This document shows, piece after piece, positions 49,398 through 59,286 of a stretch of 64,000 nucleotides of DNA. Made by a program: the position numbers and the translations under genes. Position 1 is the first letter of the stretch; each line of letters starts with the position of its first letter. The DNA is taken from the IMG/VR virus record IMGVR_UViG_2878480445_000013; one strand, given 5' to 3'. The stretch comes from a virus (taxonomy: Duplodnaviria; Heunggongvirae; Uroviricota; Caudoviricetes). Below the pieces are notes generated by a model. The model ran no database searches. It was not told the origin of the DNA and saw only the letters and a program-made list of their open reading frames with translations.

Positions 49398-51522
49398 TTA
49401 TTCTTCCAGACCTGCGCACCATGCGATGCCGGCCAGAACAAAAAATGCGTTGGCTAAGCATATGCCGTTGCCCCAGATACGGTACTCTGCCGAATCCGTA
49501 TACGGGTCAGCCAGCCATTTTCGGATCTGCTTCTCCGTTTTCGGCTTCTTGGCATGGGTCACGATCTTACGGTGCGTTTCAAACACCTCCGTCCAGAACG
49601 CCAGCTCTTCTTCGGTCGGATCTTCCGTTCCGAGATCTCTGCACCACCAGTCCGGGAAACCCTGCAGTCTGGCACACTCGGTCGGTGTCAAACGGCGGAC
49701 GGTATAAGTCACAGGTGCGGGCTGTGCTTCCGGGTTGTCGATGACCAGACGGTCATTAAAAGCATCCTGCCCGTTGAAGCCGCTGGGATGCGCCCCTGTT
49801 GCCACCGTTCCCATGACACCCTCGTTCAGATGCGGTGCCGGTGCGATGGTGGTCGGGTCTTTGTAATCCCGTGCCATCAGGGTCGGTGCGACTTCTTTTG
49901 CCACCTGCATATAGGAGCCGGTGGTCATGGCATACACATCCTCCGGTGCGCAGACTGCATGACGGTCAGTGGCATCCAGTGTAAAGCAGACATCCTCATT
50001 GACGCCATCGCCCTGCGGACCGTTCTCATCCTTGCGGCCGATCATGTTGCCCTGCAAGACGAAGGTCTGCTGCTTCATCCCTAGCTCTGCTGCAAGTGCT
50101 GCTGACTTCTCTCCCAGATCCCGGACTTCATCCCTCTGATTCTGTGTAAAAGCAACCGGCTCTACTACACAGATGCCGCCCTGGTTACAGGTCGGGTCTC
50201 CACCACTGCGGTCAAGAGTCCGGGATGTATCTGCTTCATAAAAACCGCTATGCGGATTATCGGACATCATGGAATGACTGGCTTTGGAGCAGACACCGTA
50301 GCATTTCGGAACGAACAGCGTCTGGTCGTTGTTGCAGCCGAGGGTGGCTGACTTTTCTTCCTGCCAGATGGCTCCCTTGCCGCCGCCCTCACATCCGGAG
50401 CGGATCTTCAATGTGACTGCCGGGGAGTTCTCAACATCTTTCACCGGGCTTTCCACCGACTTTTCAACACCATCCATGACCAGTGGAACATTGCCGCCAC
50501 CCGTACCACACCGGCTGGTCAGGGTCTGCACCTTGCCATCCTCGGAAATCTTCACCCGGCTGTCTGCAGGATGGTTTTCCAAAGCAATAGCGGCAGGCAC
50601 AACACCAGCCCGGAGAGTTGGTGACCGTTCCTCTTCATACCCGATGCTTCTTGCGTTGGCAGAGTGTTCCGTGCAGAAACCGGCTGCTTCCAGAACACAC
50701 GGAGGATGGTGTGCTTCTGCTCGAAGCGTTGATGTCGCTTCCTTTGTCACATCCATTCTCTCCCCACCCTGATCATTCAGGCAGATTCTTCCTGTGCCGC
50801 CTGCCTTTCCAGTGCTGCTTTCAACACAGGTGGCAGCTCTTTGCCACGCACGGAAGCTCTCCGCAGAATACCGAGACACGCCTCGGACTCAAATAATACT
50901 TTTGGGGCACTCTGTCTGCAAAATCTGCGACAAGGAAGATTCGTTTTCTACGCTGGGGCACGCCCCACCACTGTGCATCAAGGACTCGATACGCGACACT
51001 CCATCCGTCTCCCAAATAGTAGTCAGCATCCGGCCATCCCTTTTTCTCAGGCGCAGGCACCTGGGCGGACGGTTCTTTAACACCGATGACGGCTTCGAGA
51101 ACTGCCTTGAAGTCCTGTCCTTTGTTTGAGGAGAAGGCCCCTGGCACATTCTCCCACACGATAAATCTTGGTTTTTCTCCATTGGTCTTACACCTCATTT
51201 CCTTCACGATTCGGATTGCTTCGTAAAACAGGCTGGACCGTGAACCATCCAGACCGTCCCGCTTACCGGCGATAGACATATCCTGACAGGGACTTCCAAA
51301 AGTAATGATGTCAACAGGCGGCAAGTCCGCACCGCTGATGGCAGACACATCACCATAGTGCCTCACCCACGGCAGGCGCTTGGTCGTGACTCGGATGGCA
51401 AAGGGCTCCACCTCGCTGCTCCACAGCGGAGTGATCTGCCCGGTCAAAAGTCCACCCAACGGGAAACCCCCGGAACCATCAAAGAGGCTGCCGAGTGTCA
51501 GCTGTTTATTCTCCATCGGCAT
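49398..51522 (-). CDS. DNA (cytosine-5)-methyltransferase, long TRD; at least two frame breaks near 50800-50900
   Basis: ORF 50821..51522 has motif I LTLGSLFDGSGGF, motif IV GSPCQDMS, ENV and QRRKRIFLVA. The third frame continues YYLSPR-CLGILRRASVRGKELPPVLKAALE. ORF 49398..50879 ends with motif X TVRRLTPTECARLQGFPDWW. Confidence 0.75.
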
Positions 51523-52801
51523 CCTCGCTTTCCGGCTCGAAGGTTGCCACTTCCTCGAACTTCAGCTTCTGACCGTCGCGGATAACAAACACATCATCGT
51601 AGTGGCCTTCGCTGTGTTCGATGTACCGCTTCACGATAACATCCACGAACTTCGGGTCCAGCTCGATGCCCCGGCACACACGGTCTGTTTCCTCACAGGC
51701 GATCAGTGTCGAGCCACTGCCGAGGAACGGATCAAGCACGATGCCGTTGGTCATAGTGGAATTGCGGATCGGATAGCTCATCAGACCGATGGGCTTCATG
51801 GTCGGATGGTCCTTGTTGGACTTCGGCCGGTCATACTCCCATATGGTCGTCTGCTTCCGGTCGGAATACCACTGGTGCTTCCCCTTCTGCTTCCAGCCGT
51901 AAAGACACGGTTCGTGCTGCCACTGGTAAGGACTGCGGCCCAGCACCAGCGCATTCTTCTTCCAGATACAGCACCCGGACAGGTAGAACCCGGCATCCTT
52001 GAATGCCTTTCTAAAGTTCAGCCCTTCCGTATCTGCATGGAAGATGTAGATGGAACCGTCGTCTGCCAGATGGCCGTGCATCTGCTGGAACGCTGCCAGA
52101 AGGAACTGGTAGAATTCCGAATCTCCCATGTTGTCATTCATGATCTTACCGGCAGTCTCTTCCACATCCACGTTATAAGGGGGATCGGAAAGGACCAGAT
52201 TTGCCTTGGTTCCGTCCATCAGGGTGTCGTAGCATTCCGCTTTGGTAGAATCCCCGCACAGAACGATGTGCTTTCCCAGATGCCAGAGATCACCCTCTTT
52301 GGAGAAGCATGGCTGCTTCAGCTCGGATTCCACATCGAAGTCATCTTCCTTGACCTCTTTGCTGTGGACCTTGTTGAACAGCGTCTCGATCTCAGGCGGG
52401 TCAAAGCCTGTCTTACCGAGGTCGAAGTTGGAATCTTCGATGTCCTTGAGCAGGTCAGCCAGCAGAGAATCATCCCATGCACCCGTGATCTTGTTGAGTG
52501 CAATGTTCAGGGCTTTCTCTCTGGTCTTGTCGATGTCCACCACCGCACAAGGCACTTCTGTGTATCCCAGTTCCATTGCAACAGTCAGTCTCTGATGGCC
52601 GCCGATGATCGTCATGTCGGCATTGACCACCAAAGGATCTGCGAAGCCGAACTCCGTGATGGAGTTCTTGATTTTCTTGTACTCTTTATCCCCCGGCTTC
52701 AACTTTTTCCGGGGATTGTATGCAGCCGGCTTGAGTACGGACACCGGCAGCATCTTTAGTTCAGCAGTCGCTTCATGTAAGCCCTCCCGTTTTAGATTCA
52801 C
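51506..52801 (-). CDS. ParB-like nuclease domain fused to beta-class N6-adenine/N4-cytosine DNA methyltransferase (DPPY)
   Basis: N-terminus LPVSVLKPAAYNPRK...IIGGHQRLTVAMELG is a ParB/Srx fold. The C-terminus has LVLSDPPYNVDV and an FLGSGSTLIACE SAM-binding motif. This architecture is common in phages and conjugative elements as a protective orphan methylase. Confidence 0.8.
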   Translation of the reverse strand: MNLKREGLHEATAELKMLPVSVLKPAAYNPRKKLKPGDKEYKKIKNSITEFGFADPLVVNADMTIIGGHQRLTVAMELGYTEVPCAVVDIDKTREKALNIALNKITGAWDDSLLADLLKDIEDSNFDLGKTGFDPPEIETLFNKVHSKEVKEDDFDVESELKQPCFSKEGDLWHLGKHIVLCGDSTKAECYDTLMDGTKANLVLSDPPYNVDVEETAGKIMNDNMGDSEFYQFLLAAFQQMHGHLADDGSIYIFHADTEGLNFRKAFKDAGFYLSGCCIWKKNALVLGRSPYQWQHEPCLYGWKQKGKHQWYSDRKQTTIWEYDRPKSNKDHPTMKPIGLMSYPIRNSTMTNGIVLDPFLGSGSTLIACEETDRVCRGIELDPKFVDVIVKRYIEHSEGHYDDVFVIRDGQKLKFEEVATFEPESEDADGE

Positions 52802-53025
52802 ATGCGTATGACCCCGGAAAACGGCACGAAAAAGGAGCCGAACAAAAAGCCCGACTCCATTTCACTGCCATCTTCTTCTGGCTGCGGTTTCTCTGCCATC
52901 TCGCACCATTCCGGTTTTTCCCCGTTCACAGATGCCAGGACCTTATCTTCCGCATAGTCGATTGCATGTACACAAATACCCCCGGTGTTGAACAACGGGT
53001 ACACACCGATCACCTTTTCACTCAT
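52798..53025 (-). CDS. hypothetical protein (75 aa)
   Basis: ORF translationally coupled between the Zn-ribbon and ParB-methyltransferase genes. Confidence 0.35.
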   Translation of the reverse strand: MSEKVIGVYPLFNTGGICVHAIDYAEDKVLASVNGEKPEWCEMAEKPQPEEDGSEMESGFLFGSFFVPFSGVIRM

Positions 53026-53521
53026 GCTCCTTCGCCTCCTTCAGTCCATATCGAAATTCAAAATAACAATTTCTGCTGCAGAACATCCGCTGACTCCTGC
53101 TTTCGCAGATTGCCGTAAACGGACGGCCACAGTTCTGACAGAATGCTACCCTGCCAGCCTTTTCCCGTTTATAATTCCTTCGTTCATATTCAGCATAGCA
53201 CTCATCCGAACAATATTTTCTCGGCGCACCTCTTCCACTCTGCCCGATGATTCTTCCACAGACTGGACATCTGCGTTCTTTCACTCTGCCCGGCGGCACC
53301 AGATGGCAGCTTCCTATTTCCGGCAATCCCAGTTCTCGGCAGTAATCCATCACCTGTTCCACAGGCATTCCCGTCTGCTCTGCGATCTGAGAAAGTTTCG
53401 TTCCAGAAAGCCGCAGCGTCCTCACCTGCTCCCTGGCAGCATCAAACGCCGTTCCTTCAAAAACACAATCCATACGGATGCCATTTCTTCTGACATCCCG
53501 TTCAATACTCAACGGCTGCAT
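53018..53521 (-). CDS. sigma-70 region-4-like HTH + multiple CxxC zinc-ribbon protein
   Basis: From MQPLSIERDV...VRTLRLSGTKLSQIAEQTGMPVEQVMDYCREL (region-4-like HTH), then CPVCG...CSDEC...CQNCG..CSRNC. May be one gene with 53502..53810 if a frame break is present. Confidence 0.45.
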   Translation of the reverse strand: MQPLSIERDVRRNGIRMDCVFEGTAFDAAREQVRTLRLSGTKLSQIAEQTGMPVEQVMDYCRELGLPEIGSCHLVPPGRVKERRCPVCGRIIGQSGRGAPRKYCSDECYAEYERRNYKREKAGRVAFCQNCGRPFTAICESRSQRMFCSRNCYFEFRYGLKEAKEHE

Positions 53522-53810
53522 CTTTTGCCTCCTTTCCTCTGCCCCGGTTAGCACAAGCCCGGCTGCAATATTTTCGTTCCAACCCGTACTGATGCCGGTA
53601 GGAAAACTCCCTGCCGCACACCGGGCAGATCTTCGACCGCACGGTCTTCCAGTTCTCCGGCTTCGGGTGGGTGTTGTTCCACCGTGACCGGCATTCCGGT
53701 GAGCAGAACTTTCTCGGTCTGCCTTTATGATTCGGTACAATGGCTGTACCGCACTGAGGACAGAAGGAAAACGCCATGTCCCTTATCATCTCAGCCGTGT
53801 AATCTTCCAT
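53502..53810 (-). CDS. zinc-ribbon protein (CPQCG/CSPEC/CPVCG/CSRAC)
   Basis: 102-aa ORF with four CxxC pairs. Its repeat architecture matches the C-terminus of the 53018..53521 protein. Confidence 0.45.
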   Translation of the reverse strand: MEDYTAEMIRDMAFSFCPQCGTAIVPNHKGRPRKFCSPECRSRWNNTHPKPENWKTVRSKICPVCGREFSYRHQYGLERKYCSRACANRGRGKEAKDAAVEY

Positions 53811-54212
53811 CTGCCCTCACCCCACTCTCATTTTTCGCCGTTTCTTCGGCGGTTTCTTAGAAAAATCTCATAATTCATACGAAAAGCGGCGAAGTGGAAA
53901 TCGGCACCGCCCCGCCAGGTTGGATCGTTGTTGCGACGTCCGATTCCCGCTCGCCCTCGCTCCTCCCGGAACAAGCTAAAATGTGCGAAAGCTCCCTGTT
54001 TACGAGAGGTTTTCACACACTTTGGTTCATTTCGGGGAAAAAGAATGGCACCGGAACCGAAGCTCCGATGCCTGTACATTTCTCCTGTTTCATTTTGCGC
54101 CGTTATTCCTCTGACCCCCGGCCTATGAATTTTGCGGTTTTTCACGCAAAAGGGGCCACCGGTCTCCGTGTGACTTCACCGTAGAGAAGTGACCCCGGCC
54201 CCGGCGGGGGTG

Positions 54213-54571
54213 TCAGTAGGTGTAGGTCGGGTTGATGTCCTCGGTCAGCGTCTTTTTATCGTGGCAGCTCTTGCAGAGAGCCTGCCAGTTGTTCTGGTCC
54301 CAGAAAAGTTTCTGTCACCACGGTGCGGAATGATATGATCCACCACCGTTGCCCGGACGTACTTGCCCTGCTTGGCGCACTGCTCACAGAGCGGATGGGC
54401 TTCCAGATACGACTTTCTTGCTTTCTGCCACCGTCTGTTGTATCCACGCTTTGCTGCCGGGCGGGTGACTTCTGGATGGAGAGGCAGGTGCTTCTCACAG
54501 TAGAGCCGACCGGCTTCCACCAGCTCCGGGCAGCCGGGATGATGGCATGGTGTCTTTGGTCTGTACGGCAT
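54213..54571 (-). CDS. HNH endonuclease; frame break near 54300
   Basis: HPLCEQCAKQGKYVRATVVDHIIPHRGD is an HNH motif. The adjacent frame continues LFWDQNNWQALCKSCHDKKTLTEDINPTYTY* to a stop at about 54213. Confidence 0.65.
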
Positions 54572-54589
54572 TTTACTTTTCCTTTTCTA

Positions 54590-54618
54590 TTGAAATCTGA
54601 TAGCATTTATGCTATCAT
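54590..54618 (+). promoter_or_regulatory. promoter (TTGAAA-17-TATCAT) with embedded perfect palindrome TGATAGCATTTATGCTATCA (54598-54617): operator for the HigBA-like operon
   Basis: The -35 is at 54590-54595 and the -10 at 54613-54618. The 20-bp palindrome spans the spacer and -10. This is a typical toxin-antitoxin autoregulation site. Confidence 0.55.
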
Positions 54619-54662
54619 TATGTTGAACAAATGAATAAGATAACTTAGGAGACCATACACTA

Positions 54663-55046
54663 ATGAGCGACGCTAAATATGAAATTGCGTTCTATCAAAC
54701 AAGAGACGGTGAATGTCAGGTTTGGGACTTCCTCGAAGGATTACGCATTAAAGCCTCTACCAACAAGGATGCCCGCATCCAACATAAGCAAGCCAGCTTA
54801 TACATTGAGTTGCTCTCACTAAACGGGACCAACATGAATGAAAACATCACAAAGCATTTGGAAGAAGACATCTGGGAATTACGTCCCGGTAACAACCGCG
54901 TTTTTTATTTCTTCGTCCAAAAAGACACCTTTGTTCTACTCCATCAATTCCGTAAAAAGTCTCAGAAGACTCCTCGCAGGGAAATTGAGAAAGCAAAGCG
55001 TGAACGTGATGACTATCTGTCCAGAAAGGAGAACGGTGAATTATGA
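54663..55046 (+). CDS. type II toxin, RelE/ParE superfamily (phage Gp49/HigB-like)
   Basis: ...EDIWELRPGNNRVFYFFVQKDTFVLLHQFRKKSQKTPRREIEKAKRERDDY matches the Gp49-like (DUF891) pattern ELR....R..YF......IVLLH.F.KK.QKTP..EI..A. Confidence 0.7.
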   Translation: MSDAKYEIAFYQTRDGECQVWDFLEGLRIKASTNKDARIQHKQASLYIELLSLNGTNMNENITKHLEEDIWELRPGNNRVFYFFVQKDTFVLLHQFRKKSQKTPRREIEKAKRERDDYLSRKENGEL

Positions 55047-55330
55047 AAACTTGGAACGATTACAAAGAACACGTAAAAACAGTCGATCCTGTCATTGCAA
55101 AAGACATGGAAGAAACTGAAGAAATCGCAGCCATCGTAACCGCAATGGTCGAGCAGCGAAACGCACTTGGCTTAAGCCAGCGTGATCTTGCTGCTATGTG
55201 TGGCATTCCTCAGTCCTCTGTTGCAAGAATTGAATCTTGCAAAACAACTCCTAATCTTGGAACTTTGTTAAACATTTTCCAGCATCTTGGACTGACTCTT
55301 ACCGTTTCCCAAGCTAGACCAATGGCATGA
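55043..55330 (+). CDS. XRE-family HTH antitoxin (HigA-like)
   Basis: ALGLSQRDLAAMCGIPQSSVARIESCKTTPNLGTLLNIFQHLGLTL is an HTH_3 fold. A 4-nt overlap with the toxin gene (ATGA) is typical of Gp49/XRE pairs. Confidence 0.7.
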   Translation: MKTWNDYKEHVKTVDPVIAKDMEETEEIAAIVTAMVEQRNALGLSQRDLAAMCGIPQSSVARIESCKTTPNLGTLLNIFQHLGLTLTVSQARPMA

Positions 55331-55387
55331 TGTTTAATCCTCCGGGAGTGACGGGGAGCCTTACGGCGTAGAATATCACTCACTTTG

Positions 55388-55418
55388 AGAGCTTATCCTC
55401 GGATAGGCTCTTTTTTAT
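55388..55418 (+). terminator. rho-independent terminator of the HigBA operon (hairpin + T6), convergent with the metK end
   Basis: GAGAGCTTATCCTCGGATAGGCTCTTTTTTATTT. Confidence 0.55.
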
Positions 55419-56482
55419 TTCTCCCACGGAAGACCAGCCTTACCGAAATGACCGTAAGCACTGACCTTGTTGTAATCTACATCCAACAGACCCAGCCGCT
55501 TGATGATACCCTGCGGAGTCAGGTCGTAGCTGTCATGAACGTAGGCTTCGATGAAGTCCAACGACTGGTGTTCCGTACCGAAGCACTCCACCGACACACC
55601 CACTGGCTGTACCACGCCGATGGCGTAGGCCAGCTGGACTTCGCACTTGTCTGCGTAGCCGGCCTGCACGATGTCCTTTGCAATCTTTCGTGCCATGTAT
55701 GCTGCGGAGCGATCCACCTTGGTGGGGTCTTTACCGCTCAGAGCACCGCCACCCATGCGACCAATGCCGCCGTAGGTATCGCACGCCAGCTTCCGACCAG
55801 TCACACCACAATCGGCGTAGCTGCCACCCAGCACAAAACGGCCGGTCGGATTGACCAGCTTCGTGAAGTCCCCATCCAACCCATACTCACAGGCGGCCAG
55901 TACCATCATGGATTCGATGATGTGCCTGAAGTCGCCGACCTCCACATCCGGGCTGTGCTGCACGGAGCAGAGGAATGTGGTGATGCGTCCGGTGTCGTAA
56001 TCGTAGCTGATCTGCGCCTTGGCATCTGCACGGAACATCTTGGACGGATGGTTCTTCAGCAGCTGCAGGAACTTGGTGGCGACCATGTACGGGATCGGCA
56101 TCTGCTCTGCCGTCTCGTTGGTGGCGTAGCCATACATGATTCCCTGGTCACCGGCACCGCCCTTATCCACGCCGAGCGCAATGTCCGGTGACTGCTTGTC
56201 CACCAGAATGCCGATACGAAGAAGCTCAGTCAGGTTCCAGCCCAGCTTTTCAGCACCGATGCGGTTGAACACATCGTGAACGATCTGGTTGTAGTTTGGC
56301 CGATAATCGGTAGTGACTTCGCCGGCAATAAAAAGCTGGCTCTTTTTCAGCAGACACTCGATTGCCACACGGGCGTTCCTGTCATGCTGGAGAATGTCGG
56401 TCACGATGGCATCTGCGATCTGGTCACAGATCTTATCGGGATGACCATTGCTGACCTGTTCACATGTAATAATCTTACTCAT
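55415..56482 (-). CDS. metK: S-adenosylmethionine synthetase (methionine adenosyltransferase), compact phage-encoded form
   Basis: 355-aa intact ORF with MetK hallmarks: GHPDK (N-terminus), GAGDQG, NPTGRFV, DTYGG, SGKDPTKVDRSAAYMAR. Confidence 0.85.
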   Translation of the reverse strand: MSKIITCEQVSNGHPDKICDQIADAIVTDILQHDRNARVAIECLLKKSQLFIAGEVTTDYRPNYNQIVHDVFNRIGAEKLGWNLTELLRIGILVDKQSPDIALGVDKGGAGDQGIMYGYATNETAEQMPIPYMVATKFLQLLKNHPSKMFRADAKAQISYDYDTGRITTFLCSVQHSPDVEVGDFRHIIESMMVLAACEYGLDGDFTKLVNPTGRFVLGGSYADCGVTGRKLACDTYGGIGRMGGGALSGKDPTKVDRSAAYMARKIAKDIVQAGYADKCEVQLAYAIGVVQPVGVSVECFGTEHQSLDFIEAYVHDSYDLTPQGIIKRLGLLDVDYNKVSAYGHFGKAGLPWEK

Positions 56483-56700
56483 GTTCTGTCCTCTCTTTCA
56501 TGTATCACAAAGCAGGCCGCCTTTGCCCATGCCCACAAATAGGCTCCCACAAAGACTGCCTGCTCTGTCTCGGTTAAATATTTCGGTTAAAAGAACCACG
56601 TTCTGTCTCTCACAAAATGGGGCTGTTCAAAAAGCCGGGCCACCCAGATGAAAAGCAGACCTCAAATTCTCTTATTTGCTTTTCTTCTTTTCAACTCATG

Positions 56701-56733
56701 TAGCACGTAGCAACTATGTAGCTGAATTTTATA
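56701..56733. promoter_or_regulatory. operator-like motif TCATGTAGCACG + CTATGTAGC in the AT-rich region upstream of metK
   Basis: The 12-mer TCATGTAGCACG (56707-56718) is identical to 624-635 inside the 616-663 inverted repeat. CTATGTAGC (56724-56732) matches the other arm of that repeat. Confidence 0.35.
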
Positions 56734-56833
56734 TAAGAAAGCTATAAAAGAAAGTAATAATAAAAAGGGGTATGAAATCTCGGCTACAAACCTGCTACTC
56801 GCTACAACGCAGCCCGAAATCCACGAAAAAAGT

Positions 56834-59286
56834 TTATAGAAGGCTGTCTTTGGGCTTGTAAGCATCCTGCACAGTCTGATCCTCTGCCCCTTCTTCCACT
56901 TCCTTGAATTTACAGCCGAGAATCAGCGTCGTTTGGCCGCCACCGCCTTTGGGCCGTTTTCGAGCCACTGTAAAATGCACGCCGAGGGCATTTTTGAAGT
57001 TCTTCTGGTTTTCCGAAGAATAACCATTCTCCTCACACCACTTTGTGTACAACTGGTATGCTGCAGCGGTCCGAAGTTCAGCCTCATTATCTTTTTCCAG
57101 CCACGCTTCGATAAACTGTCCGATTCGATCAGAATCATCCTTGTAATCTTCCGTAGCTTTTGTGACAGCCTGCGGAAGTTCCAGACCTCGCTGGCAATAT
57201 TTCTTGTACCCTTCCAAGCACCAGTTGAAAATACCTGACAGGTTCTCCGGCTTCGCAAACTGCCCCTTCAGCCCCTGGTCCTGTTCTCCCTCTTCAAAGT
57301 GACGGTTGAACGGTATGATTTTCAGTCGGCCGGATTGGAACAGGGTCATATCATTAACATTGGGCAGGTAGTTCGTATTGATAAAAATCTTGAACACTGG
57401 CACAAAATCAAAGCTGTTCTCATTCAGGAATCGGGCGTTGATGGTATCGTTGCCGGTCATTCTTTTTACGAGAGCTGCATTGAATGTGATCTTCTTCTCC
57501 GGCTCAGAGATATTTACGAATCTGGAACCGACCAGACGAGCCACTTCTTCCGAGGTCCGCCTGTGTTCCCACCACGGAATTTAGCTGCCAACATATCCGG
57601 ATTTGATGTCTTTCCGTAGTCGCCCATGATCTTCAGGAATGTTTCCATTGCAGTACCTTTTCCGTTTCGGGAAGTGGCACCGTAAAGGATAAACATACAC
57701 TCCTGAGAGGTGTCTCCTGTCAGGGCGTATCCCAAAGAACGCTGAAGGAAGTCTGCCAGATCTGCATCCCCGCACATGACTTCCTTGATAAACGAGTGCC
57801 AGCGTTGGCAGTCTGCATCCGGGTCATAGGTAATACCGGATTCCATTGTGAGATAATCCTCCGGCCGATGCTCCCTGAATTCCAGTGTCCGCATATCCAG
57901 CGTTCCATTTTTGCAATTAAAGAAATACTTGTTCCTGTCGAATGCCTGCATGGAGATCGGATACACGGACATGGCATCTTTCAGCATCGTTTCCCGGTTC
58001 TTACGCAGTTGCAGCTTTCGGACACGGTCGATGAACCGCTTCCTGGCATCCTCTTCAGTGATCGTCAGGGCAAACACATACAGCTTGTCAGCCAGCAGCT
58101 TTGCCAGTTCCGACACCTTGAGATTGCCTTTGTCCGGCCGCCAGACAGAGCCGTCATAGACATACCAGCCTTTACGCTCACTGTTGTACCGGGCGATCTG
58201 CTTGAAATAATCCGCAAACATATTGCCCATACCGATCTCATTTCTTCCATACCGGGCATTTGTATGCGGAGCCATTTCTTCCAGAGTAACTGTGATCTTG
58301 GTGAGATCCGGCTGAAACTCGATATAATCATCCTCATCCAGCTTGGAAAATTCCTCATCGACAATGTCCTGCGCATTGACCGGCATATAGACAGCCGAAC
58401 AGGTATTGACGGTATTGCGGATGGAAATCGCACCGTAGGTCGAACCAGCCTGCTTGCGATCCCACTTATCACGCATCAAGCCCGATGTACGGAAGATGCG
58501 ATCCATCTGCTCCTCATCGCAGCCACACCAGAATGCCAAAATGGACAGTAACGCCATATCTGCATCCGACTGGCTGCCATAGAGATCTTCCCAGTCACCG
58601 GCAAAGAGTTTTTTGAATTTATCACTGTTGCTGGCTTCATTGGCGTGTGCGATAACTGCCTCATCATCCAGATACGAATGGTGCTGGAAATGGGTCTGCT
58701 GCACCTGCTTGTTTCGCTTCATCAGCGTGTCCAGCAGTGTTGTCATTGCCGTTTCATCGTTTGGGATCTCACCTGTGCGGTAAACATCTCCCGTTACGGT
58801 GACGAAGCGGTTCGTCGCACCGGGCATATACACTTCCAGACCTTTGCTGCGGTTGTTGATGTAGTAGACCGTCTTGTCATAGACGTAGTCTTCCGGCACA
58901 CAAAAGAAACCTCGCAACCCTTTGCCGGACGGTGATTTTTCCACGTAAGCTGTAGGAAAGATAGAAAGGACGGTGTCCGCTGTATCGTTCAGCGTGCCAT
59001 CCTCCCGGATACAGTGGTCGATATCAAAAGCACCGATTCCGTTGCCAACTGCAATACCGATACCGTCATAACCACCCATTGCATAAGTGACGAGGGTATT
59101 CTTGAAATCTGAGAATGTACGCAGGTCATTGATCTTTGCCCGTTCTCCCGTTGCCGGATTAAACGGCATCTTGGTCTTCTGGCCATTGCGCTTTTCAAAC
59201 TTCCAGACACAGAAGCTGCAGGTCGTTTTCAGCTTGCCCGGAATGTTCTTGATGTCCATCATGCCTGCGCCTCCCTTCCCGTACAA
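56834..59286 (-). CDS. bifunctional primase-polymerase / D5-P4-family primase-helicase (SF3 NTPase); frame break near 57520-57560
   Basis: ORF 57514..59286 has N-terminal prim-pol and PriCT-like regions and a Walker A ILYGATSRNGKGTAMETF. ORF 56834..57544 continues the P4-family C-terminal domain (ARLVGSRFVNISEPEKKITFNAALVKRMTGNDTINARFL...IPFNRHF). Confidence 0.7.

Noticed and set aside
53828-54145. 105-aa minus-strand ORF MKNRKIHRPGVRGIT...
   Set aside because: Arg- and Gly-rich with GC-rich non-coding-like composition. It has no RBS and lies in the structured non-coding gap. Judged spurious.
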